The notes beneath the pieces are model-generated. The model was not told the origin of the DNA. It saw only the letters and a list, made by a program, of their open reading frames with translations, and did no database searches. A stretch of 64,000 bases of DNA from an uncultured SAR86 cluster bacterium (GTDB lineage Bacteria > Pseudomonadota > Gammaproteobacteria > Magnimaribacterales > D2472): positions 2,762-66,761 of the forward strand of contig CACBPT010000003.1 of assembly GCA_902541245.1 (NCBI GenBank), in the 5' to 3' direction. How positions within the stretch are numbered: position 1 is the stretch's first letter; each line of letters begins with the position of its first letter. Shown here piece after piece: positions 8,367 through 17,237 of the stretch. A program made the translations under genes and the position numbers.

Positions 8367-10292
8367 TTATTTCTGTGATTTTAAGTAAGAAAAAAATCCA
8401 AGAATACGACCAGGAGCCTTCGTAACATCGATAATAGCTCCTAAGGCTCCAATTAATATCCACCTATGTGGCAATAAAAATGAAATACTGACTTTATGCA
8501 ATATTGGATTAATAAAGCCTCTAAAAATAAAGTAAGCAGCAAGAAAAGTTGACCAAAAGATTTTGTTAAGATTGGGAATAAAAAGTGGGTTATTAACATC
8601 CCATGTATCGCCAGAAACAATATGATTCCATCTATATAAAAATATAGCAAAAAAAATAAAAAATAATGCAACATAGAAAAACTTTTCTTTAATTAAAATA
8701 TTTACTTTCGAGTTTTCAATAGAATATCTAAGCCATTTTTTTATAGTCTTTTTAAGATTTATAGGTAATCCCGAGTAAGAAATTACGACTTTACTAACCC
8801 AGCTTGAGGACATTCTTTTATTAGTTCGTTTTATCCATTCCCAATCTTCACCAGCCCTTACATTGCTCAAAAAACCTGAATTTTTTTGAAAATTTTTATT
8901 CAAAACTATTGATCCTGGCAATGAACGCGCTGGAGTATTTCCAAAAGTGACTGCTTTCAAGTACTCCTTAAAAGATGAGTCAGCGGAACAAATCATTCTA
9001 GCTCCTACAAATTTTGTGTCATTTACTAGAGCTGTTCGTATCATTTCTTCCAGCCACTCAGGCGAAGGAGTAGTTCTTAGATCAAGAAAAGCCAACCACT
9101 TAGAGCTTGCATATCTAGCGCCGATATTTCTTGCTTTACCTGGATATGAGGCCTCAATAACTTTATAAAATATATTTAATTCTTTTTCGGACTCTATAAT
9201 TGATATAATTTTCTCATGGTTCGAAACCTGCGAAATTATAAAAATTATCTCTGTTGGAACGTAAGTCTGATTCTTAAGAGCTCTAATTAAATCCTCTAAA
9301 AAATCAGAACCACCAAATATAGGTATAATCACTGATGTTGTCTCAATTTTTGAGTCTATAATCTTGTTAGCTTTGTCAATTTCTAAAAAATAATCCTCTT
9401 GAGTCAAAATTTCTATTTTCTTGCTGTCAACTTGTTCCTTCAATACGTCTAAACATTTTTTGAAAAGTTGGAATTGTTTCTTTCCAGTTATAAAATTATG
9501 TGGATGAGACCAAAGGTTTATTGTGCCGTTATTTTTTGACGCATGATTTAGGGCATTTTTAAATCTCATAACCGATAGTGAAATTGGAATAAATCTTCTT
9601 AAGCCACTCCTCCAATTTAGGAAGAATCCACCTGGAATTGCAGTATAAGCTTCATAAAAATTGTAATGTTGAGACTTTGGATATAGATTGAGTTCACTGA
9701 TTAAAGCCTTTAATCTCGAGAATAAAGATAATGATGATATATATTTTGGTTGATCCCTATATGCATTGGCTTTTATTCTGCCTAAAAAATATCTACTGCC
9801 AACTTGATTCCTAGGAAAAATAAATGTCTTAGGCTTAATATTATTTGCTTCGTACCATTCTTGAATTCCTTTTGTTTCTAATTCTAATGATTCTGGAATA
9901 GCTGACTTCCATGCCAAATGAGTAAAGCCATGAGAACATATTTCGTGTTTTGTAGAAGAGCATGTAACTATATTCAATAACTCAGGACAAAACCAGCCTG
10001 ATAAATTATTTGATTCCACGTCATCGAAAAAGCGTTTAAGCCATTTACTATGATTTGGAGATCTTCTAAGTTCATCGCCCCACTTTTCAAGAAAAAACTT
10101 TGATTCCATTGTTAAGGCACTTACAAAGCCGAATGTAGCTGGCATATTATAGGTATCTAAAAGCCCAATTAATTCTTGATAAATGTTTTTCAGATTTTCC
10201 TCGGTAAGCATCTCATCATGGATTGCTGACAAATTGTCAGCCATGCCCCACTTACTTTCACAATCAAATGAAATAATACATTTTCCTGTCAT
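8367..10292 (-). CDS. Three-part fusion protein: N-terminal polysaccharide deacetylase (CE4/NodB-like), central GT2 glycosyltransferase, C-terminal multi-pass membrane segment
   Basis: 641 aa. Residues 1 to about 300 carry SFDCES, ATFGF, SHGFTH (H-x3-H), FIFPRNQ and LWSHPHNF. Residues from about 310 to 530 carry SVIIPIFGGSDFLEDLIRALKNQTY, AFLDLR and RAGEDWEW, all GT2-type motifs. Residues from about 540 to 641 are hydrophobic helices. Confidence 0.65.
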   Translation of the reverse strand: MTGKCIISFDCESKWGMADNLSAIHDEMLTEENLKNIYQELIGLLDTYNMPATFGFVSALTMESKFFLEKWGDELRRSPNHSKWLKRFFDDVESNNLSGWFCPELLNIVTCSSTKHEICSHGFTHLAWKSAIPESLELETKGIQEWYEANNIKPKTFIFPRNQVGSRYFLGRIKANAYRDQPKYISSLSLFSRLKALISELNLYPKSQHYNFYEAYTAIPGGFFLNWRSGLRRFIPISLSVMRFKNALNHASKNNGTINLWSHPHNFITGKKQFQLFKKCLDVLKEQVDSKKIEILTQEDYFLEIDKANKIIDSKIETTSVIIPIFGGSDFLEDLIRALKNQTYVPTEIIFIISQVSNHEKIISIIESEKELNIFYKVIEASYPGKARNIGARYASSKWLAFLDLRTTPSPEWLEEMIRTALVNDTKFVGARMICSADSSFKEYLKAVTFGNTPARSLPGSIVLNKNFQKNSGFLSNVRAGEDWEWIKRTNKRMSSSWVSKVVISYSGLPINLKKTIKKWLRYSIENSKVNILIKEKFFYVALFFIFFAIFLYRWNHIVSGDTWDVNNPLFIPNLNKIFWSTFLAAYFIFRGFINPILHKVSISFLLPHRWILIGALGAIIDVTKAPGRILGFFSYLKSQK

Positions 10293-10295
10293 GTC

Positions 10296-11333
10296 TTATC
10301 TTTGTTTATATGAAAACTCATCAAATCCATAATCTCCCAATAAATTCCAATGTTTGGTATGCACATTATCCTTACTTTTAGAACAAAAATATATATTGGG
10401 AGAGTCTTTTAATATTGAGAAATTACTTTGAGTGAGGCTTTTTTTTGCAAAATTACAGTCTGAAGTATTGAGAATAATTGGAAATCCCATGTTCTTTGAA
10501 AATTTACATGCCTCATTAACCAATATATCTGAGGACTGTTGAGTATGAAATGAACAATAGACAATTCTGCATATTGGTAAACTTTTTCTGATGCCAAATG
10601 AGAGACTAATAAAACTTTTTTTATCATGTAAAACCACTCTTGTTATCTTCGTTTGCTGATTAGAAAACAATCTCCATTTAAGAAATTTTTCAGTAACCCT
10701 ATAGCCATCGATACGATCAAAATCTTTTTGAATTAGAAAATCGAATAACTGATTACTTTCAAGCAATAAATAAATTTTTTGGCCCATATGATTTTTAATG
10801 TAATGATCTATATCTTTTTTTGAAACGGGGATTCCAAGCAGCCTTTTTAAAAAGTTAATTGGATTTGTGAAATGTATCCTTCTGTACCAAGTTGCACAGA
10901 CTTTGTAATGAGCGACTCTTTTATAAAAATTGTCCAACTCTCCTACAACTCCAGGCACAAAGAAAATAGGATCTCGAATTAAAGCGTCCGAGAGCAATAT
11001 ATATCCACACCCATAGTGATTTTTGTCAACCATTAGGTTATGTAACGCAGACACTTCTACAATTTCACCAGATTGAGAATGTACAAGCTTAACTCTTGTT
11101 CTATGCAAACAACCAATTACAGTATCAGGTGAATCATGACATCCAATGATAGACAAATCCTCATATCCTTTAGTATATGGCGATGCTTCATAAATATTCT
11201 TAAGAAAAGAAAAATTTTTCTGATATGCATTAAAGCCAAAATTTTTTTTTGAAAATAAAGAGTAATTTTTTTTATATTTTTCTGAAAATTTATCCAGAAA
11301 ATATCTATTTTTTTTATCTAATGAGTGACTCAA
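10296..11333 (-). CDS. Hypothetical protein, possibly a GNAT/FemAB-fold acyl- or aminoacyl-transferase
   Basis: 345 aa ORF with an apparent TTG start and no in-frame ATG for about 100 codons. The only hint of function is a GNAT-motif-A-like stretch, NHYGCGYILLSDAL. The context is 3 nt upstream of the deacetylase-GT2 fusion and 43 nt from the divergent carrier-protein gene. The function is not established. Confidence 0.35.
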   Translation of the reverse strand: MSHSLDKKNRYFLDKFSEKYKKNYSLFSKKNFGFNAYQKNFSFLKNIYEASPYTKGYEDLSIIGCHDSPDTVIGCLHRTRVKLVHSQSGEIVEVSALHNLMVDKNHYGCGYILLSDALIRDPIFFVPGVVGELDNFYKRVAHYKVCATWYRRIHFTNPINFLKRLLGIPVSKKDIDHYIKNHMGQKIYLLLESNQLFDFLIQKDFDRIDGYRVTEKFLKWRLFSNQQTKITRVVLHDKKSFISLSFGIRKSLPICRIVYCSFHTQQSSDILVNEACKFSKNMGFPIILNTSDCNFAKKSLTQSNFSILKDSPNIYFCSKSKDNVHTKHWNLLGDYGFDEFSYKQR

Positions 11334-11376
11334 TGTATCGTTTTACTATTAAAGACCTATGTAATATTATAGTGCG

Positions 11377-11604
11377 ATGATAGTGAATAAAGATATCTTC
11401 CTCGTAATTTTTGATATTAGCTCAGAAGAATTAGATAATCTAACTCCTGATGCCTCTCTTGTTGATGAGCTTGGTTGGGACTCAATGGCAAAAGTAATAT
11501 TAATATCAGAAATATCTGAAACCATGGATAAGGTTCTTGAGGCAGATGATTTAGAATCACTAGAAACAGCTGGAGATTTAGATCGTTTAATTTCATCTCA
11601 ATAA
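11377..11604 (+). CDS. Acyl (or aminoacyl) carrier protein
   Basis: 75 aa, acidic, with LGWDSMAKVILI, the DS(L/M) phosphopantetheine-attachment motif, at the expected position. The start is ATG. Confidence 0.75.
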   Translation: MIVNKDIFLVIFDISSEELDNLTPDASLVDELGWDSMAKVILISEISETMDKVLEADDLESLETAGDLDRLISSQ

Positions 11605-11615
11605 ATTTCTAAACA

Positions 11616-12533
11616 ATGTTTTTAATTCCTAGAATCTCAATATGTTTAGGTTCAAATATTGAAATGAATGAAGACCTTGAAAAGACTTTAGACTGGAAAC
11701 TTGGAAAAATAGAAGCAAAAACTGGCATAAGAAAACGATATCTCTCTGATCAATCCGAGACAACTGAAACATTGGCAATTGGTGCAGTTAAAAAGATTCC
11801 GGATATTGATTTGCTAGATGTTAATCTTATAATTAGTGTAACAAATACTCCATCTGTCTCATTTCCCACTCTTGCACATTTTATTCATTCAGAAATAAAG
11901 ACTGCTCAAGACACACATTGCCTTGGAATTAATTCTGGATGCAGTGGATTTGTTGATGCGCTTATAATCGCAAATAATTTTTTAAAATCAGATTGCTACA
12001 ATAAAGTATTAATAGTTACTTCAGATACTTATTCTAAATATATTGATCCTCTAGATTCATCTATTAGAACTTTATTTAGTGATGGGGCATCTGCAGTAAT
12101 TATAGAAAAAGATAAATCAGGTTTTTTTATTAAAAAAACAATTACAAATACTAAAAAGAATTCTGAAAAACACTTGTGTATGGAGCATGATGGTAAATCA
12201 ATTAAAGCTATTCAGATGAACGGCCCACAAGTTCTGACATTTGCAGTGGGAACTGTGCTACCTGGAATAAAAAAAATAATATCTAAGGAAGAAAGTTATG
12301 CAATGGTTCCACATCAAGCTGGAAAACTTGTTTTAGATACTTTTAAGAATAAAATCCCAAAAAATGTAAAGGTATATGAGAATTATCAAAATTTTGGAAA
12401 CCTAGTATCTACATCCATACCAAATCTTCTTAGTACAAAACCTAAAATATTAGCAAAAGAAAAAAATTTAATACTCGCGGGTTTTGGAGTTGGGCTTTCT
12501 CATACTTCAGTAAATTTATTTAAACCTAAATAA
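11616..12533 (+). CDS. 3-oxoacyl-ACP synthase III (FabH-like KAS III family) enzyme
   Basis: 305 aa with a Cys-His-Asn triad in the expected motifs: GINSGCSGFVDA, VPHQAG, NFGNLVSTSIP. It starts 11 nt after the carrier-protein gene. Confidence 0.8.
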   Translation: MFLIPRISICLGSNIEMNEDLEKTLDWKLGKIEAKTGIRKRYLSDQSETTETLAIGAVKKIPDIDLLDVNLIISVTNTPSVSFPTLAHFIHSEIKTAQDTHCLGINSGCSGFVDALIIANNFLKSDCYNKVLIVTSDTYSKYIDPLDSSIRTLFSDGASAVIIEKDKSGFFIKKTITNTKKNSEKHLCMEHDGKSIKAIQMNGPQVLTFAVGTVLPGIKKIISKEESYAMVPHQAGKLVLDTFKNKIPKNVKVYENYQNFGNLVSTSIPNLLSTKPKILAKEKNLILAGFGVGLSHTSVNLFKPK

Positions 12534-13086
12534 AATAATTACTTGCATCGTTAAGGCTAATTCCTTTTTTATCTTTATCTGATAGAAATAAATTTTCTAA
12601 ATCAAATTTCCAATCTATATTAAGAGAAGAATCATCATATCTCAATGTTACTTCATGTGATGGTTTATAAAATTCTGAGCATTTGTAGACTATCTCTGTA
12701 TTATCTTCAAGGGTAAGAAAACCATGTGCGAATCCCTCTGGGATAATAAGTTGATGTCTATTTTGAAAACTGATCACCTCAGTACCCCAAGTACCAAATG
12801 TTTCTGATCCAGGTCTTATATCAACAAATACATCAAGAAAGGCTCCTCGACCACAACGAACTAACTTAAGCTGACTATGTGGCGGTTTTTGAAAATGAAG
12901 TCCTCTTAAAGTTCCTTTCTTATATGAAAAAGAATGGTTTTCTTGAACAAATGTTAAATTTATACCATTTTTCGCTAGGGAATTCATATTCCAAGTTTCA
13001 GCAAAAAAACCTCTAGGGTCTTCAAATTTTGCCGGTTTGACAAGTTTAACATCTTTTATAGATGTGTTATTTATTTCAATGGTCAC
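12526..13086 (-). CDS. rfbC: dTDP-4-dehydrorhamnose 3,5-epimerase
   Basis: 186 aa with FEDPRGFFAETW, RGLHFQ and EGFAHGF, a typical RmlC cupin. It is separated from rfbBDA by about 4.2 kb. Confidence 0.95.
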   Translation of the reverse strand: MTIEINNTSIKDVKLVKPAKFEDPRGFFAETWNMNSLAKNGINLTFVQENHSFSYKKGTLRGLHFQKPPHSQLKLVRCGRGAFLDVFVDIRPGSETFGTWGTEVISFQNRHQLIIPEGFAHGFLTLEDNTEIVYKCSEFYKPSHEVTLRYDDSSLNIDWKFDLENLFLSDKDKKGISLNDASNYFI

Positions 13087-13114
13087 AGCTAATTATAATC
13101 TAAGCAATACAAAA

Positions 13115-14176
13115 TTAATAAAATGCATTGCCTTGTCTTAAAAATTTTATTTGATAAGGATCGTAACATCTATCAAAAAAGTATGAATTGGTACTCCAAA
13201 ATAAAAACATAAAAAAGAATGCGGCAAAACAAGAGATTACCAATAACTGTCTGTATCTTCCTTCAATATTTTGAATTCTTGCGAGAATTACCAGCGCAGG
13301 AATCCAAAGATAAAATCCTACTCGATCTGCTATAACAGTAGAGACAGGCAGGATAAAAAGAAAAAGTGAAATCATCCCAATTGCTCCAATCAAAACGAAT
13401 TGATAATCTCTAGGAAAATTTACCTCCCAATCAGCTCGCATGAAAATTATAAAATAAAGTCCAATAAGAAATAATATTGCAACTCTAAAATACGCTCCAA
13501 ATGCACTTAAATCTCCATCAACATATCTACTGATAGCTAAAGCTCCGTAGCTTGAGTTATAAATTAGTACTAATACAGGTAATGCTAGAATCCCCATAAA
13601 AAAAATATTCTTCATTGAGAATCTTAACCAAATAAATGGAGTCATTAAAAGAAAAATGATTGCGCTAGAATGAAACGATGCAGCTAAAACAATATAAATC
13701 AGAAATTTAAATGTCTTACGATCAATAAAACCAAGGAAAGAGAAGCATAAAAAACCAAAAGCTGCAGCTTGCCTTAAACCAGACATTGGTAATTGAATTA
13801 TTATAATTGGAAATGCTAGTGCAAGAAAAAATAAAGGATTTATGTTTCTTTGAGCAAGAGCATTTAGACCAGCAAAAAATATCAAAGAAATACAAACATT
13901 AAATGCTAAAAAACCAAATCCTAGATTCTTAAGGGCAATCATTAAAAGATTGTATCCCCATTCCAACGTTCCACCTGCTCTAAAAAAATAAACAGCATTA
14001 TCATATAAAAAAATCTCTTGATAGGTTAACCAGTCACAACCAACTTCATATCGATATGCGCAAAATATAAAAAGAGTAGAGATAAAAAATGTATACAAGA
14101 AACGCTCTATTTCGGGACCAAACTTTCTTAAATATGATGCAAAAATTAAACTAGAAAAGAGTAAGTAGTAGACCAT
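13115..14176 (-). CDS. EpsG-family / Wzy-like polysaccharide polymerase (integral membrane)
   Basis: 353 aa with about 10 hydrophobic helices and the N-terminal YRYEVGCDWLTYQEIF motif typical of the EpsG family. Confidence 0.65.
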   Translation of the reverse strand: MVYYLLFSSLIFASYLRKFGPEIERFLYTFFISTLFIFCAYRYEVGCDWLTYQEIFLYDNAVYFFRAGGTLEWGYNLLMIALKNLGFGFLAFNVCISLIFFAGLNALAQRNINPLFFLALAFPIIIIQLPMSGLRQAAAFGFLCFSFLGFIDRKTFKFLIYIVLAASFHSSAIIFLLMTPFIWLRFSMKNIFFMGILALPVLVLIYNSSYGALAISRYVDGDLSAFGAYFRVAILFLIGLYFIIFMRADWEVNFPRDYQFVLIGAIGMISLFLFILPVSTVIADRVGFYLWIPALVILARIQNIEGRYRQLLVISCFAAFFFMFLFWSTNSYFFDRCYDPYQIKFLRQGNAFY

Positions 14177-14211
14177 TTAAATAAAAGATTCCTTAAAGAT
14201 TAAGAGTGTAT

Positions 14212-16164
14212 TCAATTTGACCACTCTTCTAACCATAATTGAAACATTAAGATTGTCCATAGTTTATGTCCATGATTATATTGCTCTGATTGATGCTCAT
14301 TCCAAATAGAGATAACTGCACTTTCGTCAAGAAAACCATAGAACTGAATTTTAGAGGGGCTCAATAAATCTTCAGCCCAATCTTTTAAATCATTTCTCAA
14401 CCACCTATCAATAGGAATGGTGAAACCCTGTTTAGGTCTTTCAAATAATTTTTTTGGTAAGTACTTTAACAAAAGTTCCCTTAAAATATATTTGCCGTTT
14501 TTTTTATTAAAAAGATGTTGATCAGGCAAACTCCACGCAGCCTCAACTAATTTGTGATCAAGAAATGGAGCGCGTGTTTCTAATGCAGTACTCATTGACG
14601 CTCTATCTACTTTTACCAGTATATCACTTGGCAGATAAGCTTTGGTATCTGCAAACATCATTGAGCGAGCCAATGATAAATCTGAGTGGAGAATATTTGA
14701 GCTGTTATTACATTTATTTTGGTAATAGTGATTAAGTAAAACTTTTTTATTGCTGTGAAAAGTCCTGGTAAGGTTAAGAAATAAATCCTCAAAATTATTT
14801 GCTGATCCTAAAATATCTGCTAGAAGCTGAAATCTATCTAGGCTGGATTTTGGAAGCCCAGAACGGTTAACAATTGTTTGCATGAAATTATTTTGGTTAT
14901 TTCCAAAATAATGAGCTGCTCTCCCCAAAAACTTTATTTGCCTTCTAATCGAAGCAGGGAATTTTGAAGCAAAACTCCATATTTTGGGAGCAAAAATGTA
15001 TCTGTTATATCCTCCAAAAACCTCGTCTCCTCCGTCCCCCGTCAATGCAACAGTTACATGCTTCTTTGCTTCTCTCGATAACAGTAAGGTGGGAATCTGA
15101 GAATAATCTGCAAATGGCTCATCATAAATTTTAGCAAGCTGAGGAATAACATTTAAAGCCTGAGATTGGTTAAGATAAAAAGATTGATGCTCAGTCCCAA
15201 GATAAGATGCAACTTCCTCTGCAAAAACAGCCTCATTATATTCACTTTCCTCGAAACCTATTGAAAACGACTTTACCTTATTGATTGAAATTTTTTGCAT
15301 TATTGCTGTAACCAAAGATGAATCTATTCCTCCAGATAAAAATGATCCAAGAGGCACATCGCTGATCATTTGAGAAGATATAACTTCTTTTAAAAGTTCA
15401 TCAATATATTCAATATTTTTTTGAATTGGCTGATTCAAATTTTTTATTGAGTAAAATTCTCTTTCTTTTTTTAGAGACCAAAATGGATAAATTTTTGGTT
15501 TATCTAAACATGATGAAAATTCAACTATACTACCAGGCTGCACTTTTTGAACACAAGAATAGATTGAATCTGACTCATCGATATAACTGGTTTCAAAATA
15601 TCCACTTAAGGCAGTTTTATTGATTAGAAGCTTTTCATTTGAGAATTTTCTTATGGCTTTTATCTCAGAGGCAAAAACTATCTTATCTTCGTCCTGTAAA
15701 AAATATAATGGCTTTTCGCCAATCCTATCTCTAACAAAAAAGAGTTTTTTTTCTTGCTTGTCCCAAAGTGCAAATGCAAACATGCCTCTACACTTTAAGA
15801 TTGCTTCATTTAAACCCCAGCACTCTATTGCTGCAAGCAAAGTTTCAGTGTCAGAGGTGCCTATCCATTTTTTTTGAATTAGACCGGATTCAAGTATTTT
15901 TCTAATTTCCTTGTGGTTATAAATTTCTCCATTATATGTAAGAACATATCTCTTTGAATGAGATTGCATTGGTTGATGGCCTGCTGAGCTTAAATCTAAA
16001 ATTGATAATCGAACATGACCAAAACAAAGATTATCCTCATTACTTATGTAAGATCCATTGCTATCTGGCCCTCTATGACTGATAGCATCCATCATCCCTT
16101 CTAAAACTTCATTCGAATCAAAATGATATGATTTATTTAACCAAAATCCAGTTATTCCACACAT
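14212..16164 (-). CDS. Asparagine synthetase B-family glutamine amidotransferase (WbpS-like, copy 2)
   Basis: 650 aa with MCGITG and the same 24-residue ISDVPLGSFLSGGIDSSLVTAIMQ block as copy 1. The DNA differs at many synonymous sites, so this is an old paralog and not a recent duplication. Confidence 0.85.
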   Translation of the reverse strand: MCGITGFWLNKSYHFDSNEVLEGMMDAISHRGPDSNGSYISNEDNLCFGHVRLSILDLSSAGHQPMQSHSKRYVLTYNGEIYNHKEIRKILESGLIQKKWIGTSDTETLLAAIECWGLNEAILKCRGMFAFALWDKQEKKLFFVRDRIGEKPLYFLQDEDKIVFASEIKAIRKFSNEKLLINKTALSGYFETSYIDESDSIYSCVQKVQPGSIVEFSSCLDKPKIYPFWSLKKEREFYSIKNLNQPIQKNIEYIDELLKEVISSQMISDVPLGSFLSGGIDSSLVTAIMQKISINKVKSFSIGFEESEYNEAVFAEEVASYLGTEHQSFYLNQSQALNVIPQLAKIYDEPFADYSQIPTLLLSREAKKHVTVALTGDGGDEVFGGYNRYIFAPKIWSFASKFPASIRRQIKFLGRAAHYFGNNQNNFMQTIVNRSGLPKSSLDRFQLLADILGSANNFEDLFLNLTRTFHSNKKVLLNHYYQNKCNNSSNILHSDLSLARSMMFADTKAYLPSDILVKVDRASMSTALETRAPFLDHKLVEAAWSLPDQHLFNKKNGKYILRELLLKYLPKKLFERPKQGFTIPIDRWLRNDLKDWAEDLLSPSKIQFYGFLDESAVISIWNEHQSEQYNHGHKLWTILMFQLWLEEWSN

Positions 16165-16177
16165 AAAAATTTTTTAC

Positions 16178-17236
16178 TCATTTTGAGATTGAATTAAATA
16201 TAGATGTTACTCTCTTATGCTGAGACTCTAAAGAGTAAAAAGTTTGAATATTTTTCTTAGCGGCAACACCAATAGACTTCCTTAACTCAACATTCTTGAC
16301 TAATTTGATAATATAATTTTTCCAATCATCATTCGTACTAGCTAGAAAACCATTCTCATTATGCGAAATTAATTTTGAATTTACACCAACAGGCGAAGCA
16401 ACAACAGGTATGGAGGAAGCCATATATTGAATTATTTTATATCCACATTTTCCATTTGCCCATTTATCATTGGGAAGTGGCATTATACCAATATCTATTT
16501 CGCTAAGATCGCTGATTTCAGAATCCTCACTCCAATCACGAAAAGTAAAAGTTCCGCTATCAAGTGTTATGCCGGAACCAATTGCAAGAAATTTAAAATT
16601 ATATTCTTTAGTTAATTTTTCAATTAAATCAAGATAAGGTTCAACATAACACCATGTGGCAGGCGAGCCTATCCATCCTAAATTTATCAATGGAGATTCT
16701 TTTTTTATTATTTTTTCATAACGCTGACATGATACTACAGTAGGTATTATGATTGTATTTGAAGAGAGTCTCCTCGCCCAGGTTTCAATATATTCATTAC
16801 CGCAGATAACAAACTGCGCATTAGAAATAACAGTATCTAATTTTTTTCCAAGGATTTTCTTGATAAGAAAGTTGCCCCAATCATCGTATTTGTGAAAAAT
16901 TGCATCATCATAATCACAAACTATATGCTTATTAAATGATGGAAGAAGTTTCTCAGTAAATGCTGGAAGATATGGAAAAGATTCGTATTGGAGCCATACC
17001 CTATCGTATTTCCCAGCATAAAGGATAACAAAAAATCTTTTGATGTATGCAAAAATAACTACTAAAGGATTAATCTTCTGTCTAGAAAATAGCTTTTTTA
17101 AGTATGAATTAGAAAACAAAGGTTTGTGAACTAAAATAAAACCTTGCTCTTTCAAAGCATCCTCATAAAGCTGAAATCTCTGTCTTGCAGAAGCAGCTAA
17201 ATTATCATAACGCGAAAGAACCAATATTCTTTTCAT
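16178..17236 (-). CDS. Glycosyltransferase, GT4-like (GT-B fold)
   Basis: 352 aa. The C-terminal GKCGYKIIQYMASSIPVVASPVGVNSKLI...NGFL resembles the GT-B donor-binding region. Confidence 0.7.
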   Translation of the reverse strand: MKRILVLSRYDNLAASARQRFQLYEDALKEQGFILVHKPLFSNSYLKKLFSRQKINPLVVIFAYIKRFFVILYAGKYDRVWLQYESFPYLPAFTEKLLPSFNKHIVCDYDDAIFHKYDDWGNFLIKKILGKKLDTVISNAQFVICGNEYIETWARRLSSNTIIIPTVVSCQRYEKIIKKESPLINLGWIGSPATWCYVEPYLDLIEKLTKEYNFKFLAIGSGITLDSGTFTFRDWSEDSEISDLSEIDIGIMPLPNDKWANGKCGYKIIQYMASSIPVVASPVGVNSKLISHNENGFLASTNDDWKNYIIKLVKNVELRKSIGVAAKKNIQTFYSLESQHKRVTSIFNSISK

Positions 17237-17237
17237 A

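Noticed and set aside
8453-8674. Same-strand, out-of-frame short ORFs inside larger genes: 8453-8674, 10409-10627, 40495-40695 and 50475-50657.
   Set aside because: They overlap strongly supported reading frames (the deacetylase-GT2 fusion, the 345-aa ORF, rpsA and pntB) in another frame, and nothing supports them independently.
8367-10292. Calling the GT2 domain a NodC/chitin-synthase-like processive enzyme.
   Set aside because: I could not find a QxxRW motif. The GEDWEW-type motif suggests an ordinary non-processive GT2, so the Nod analogy is limited to the deacetylase/ACP/KAS logic.
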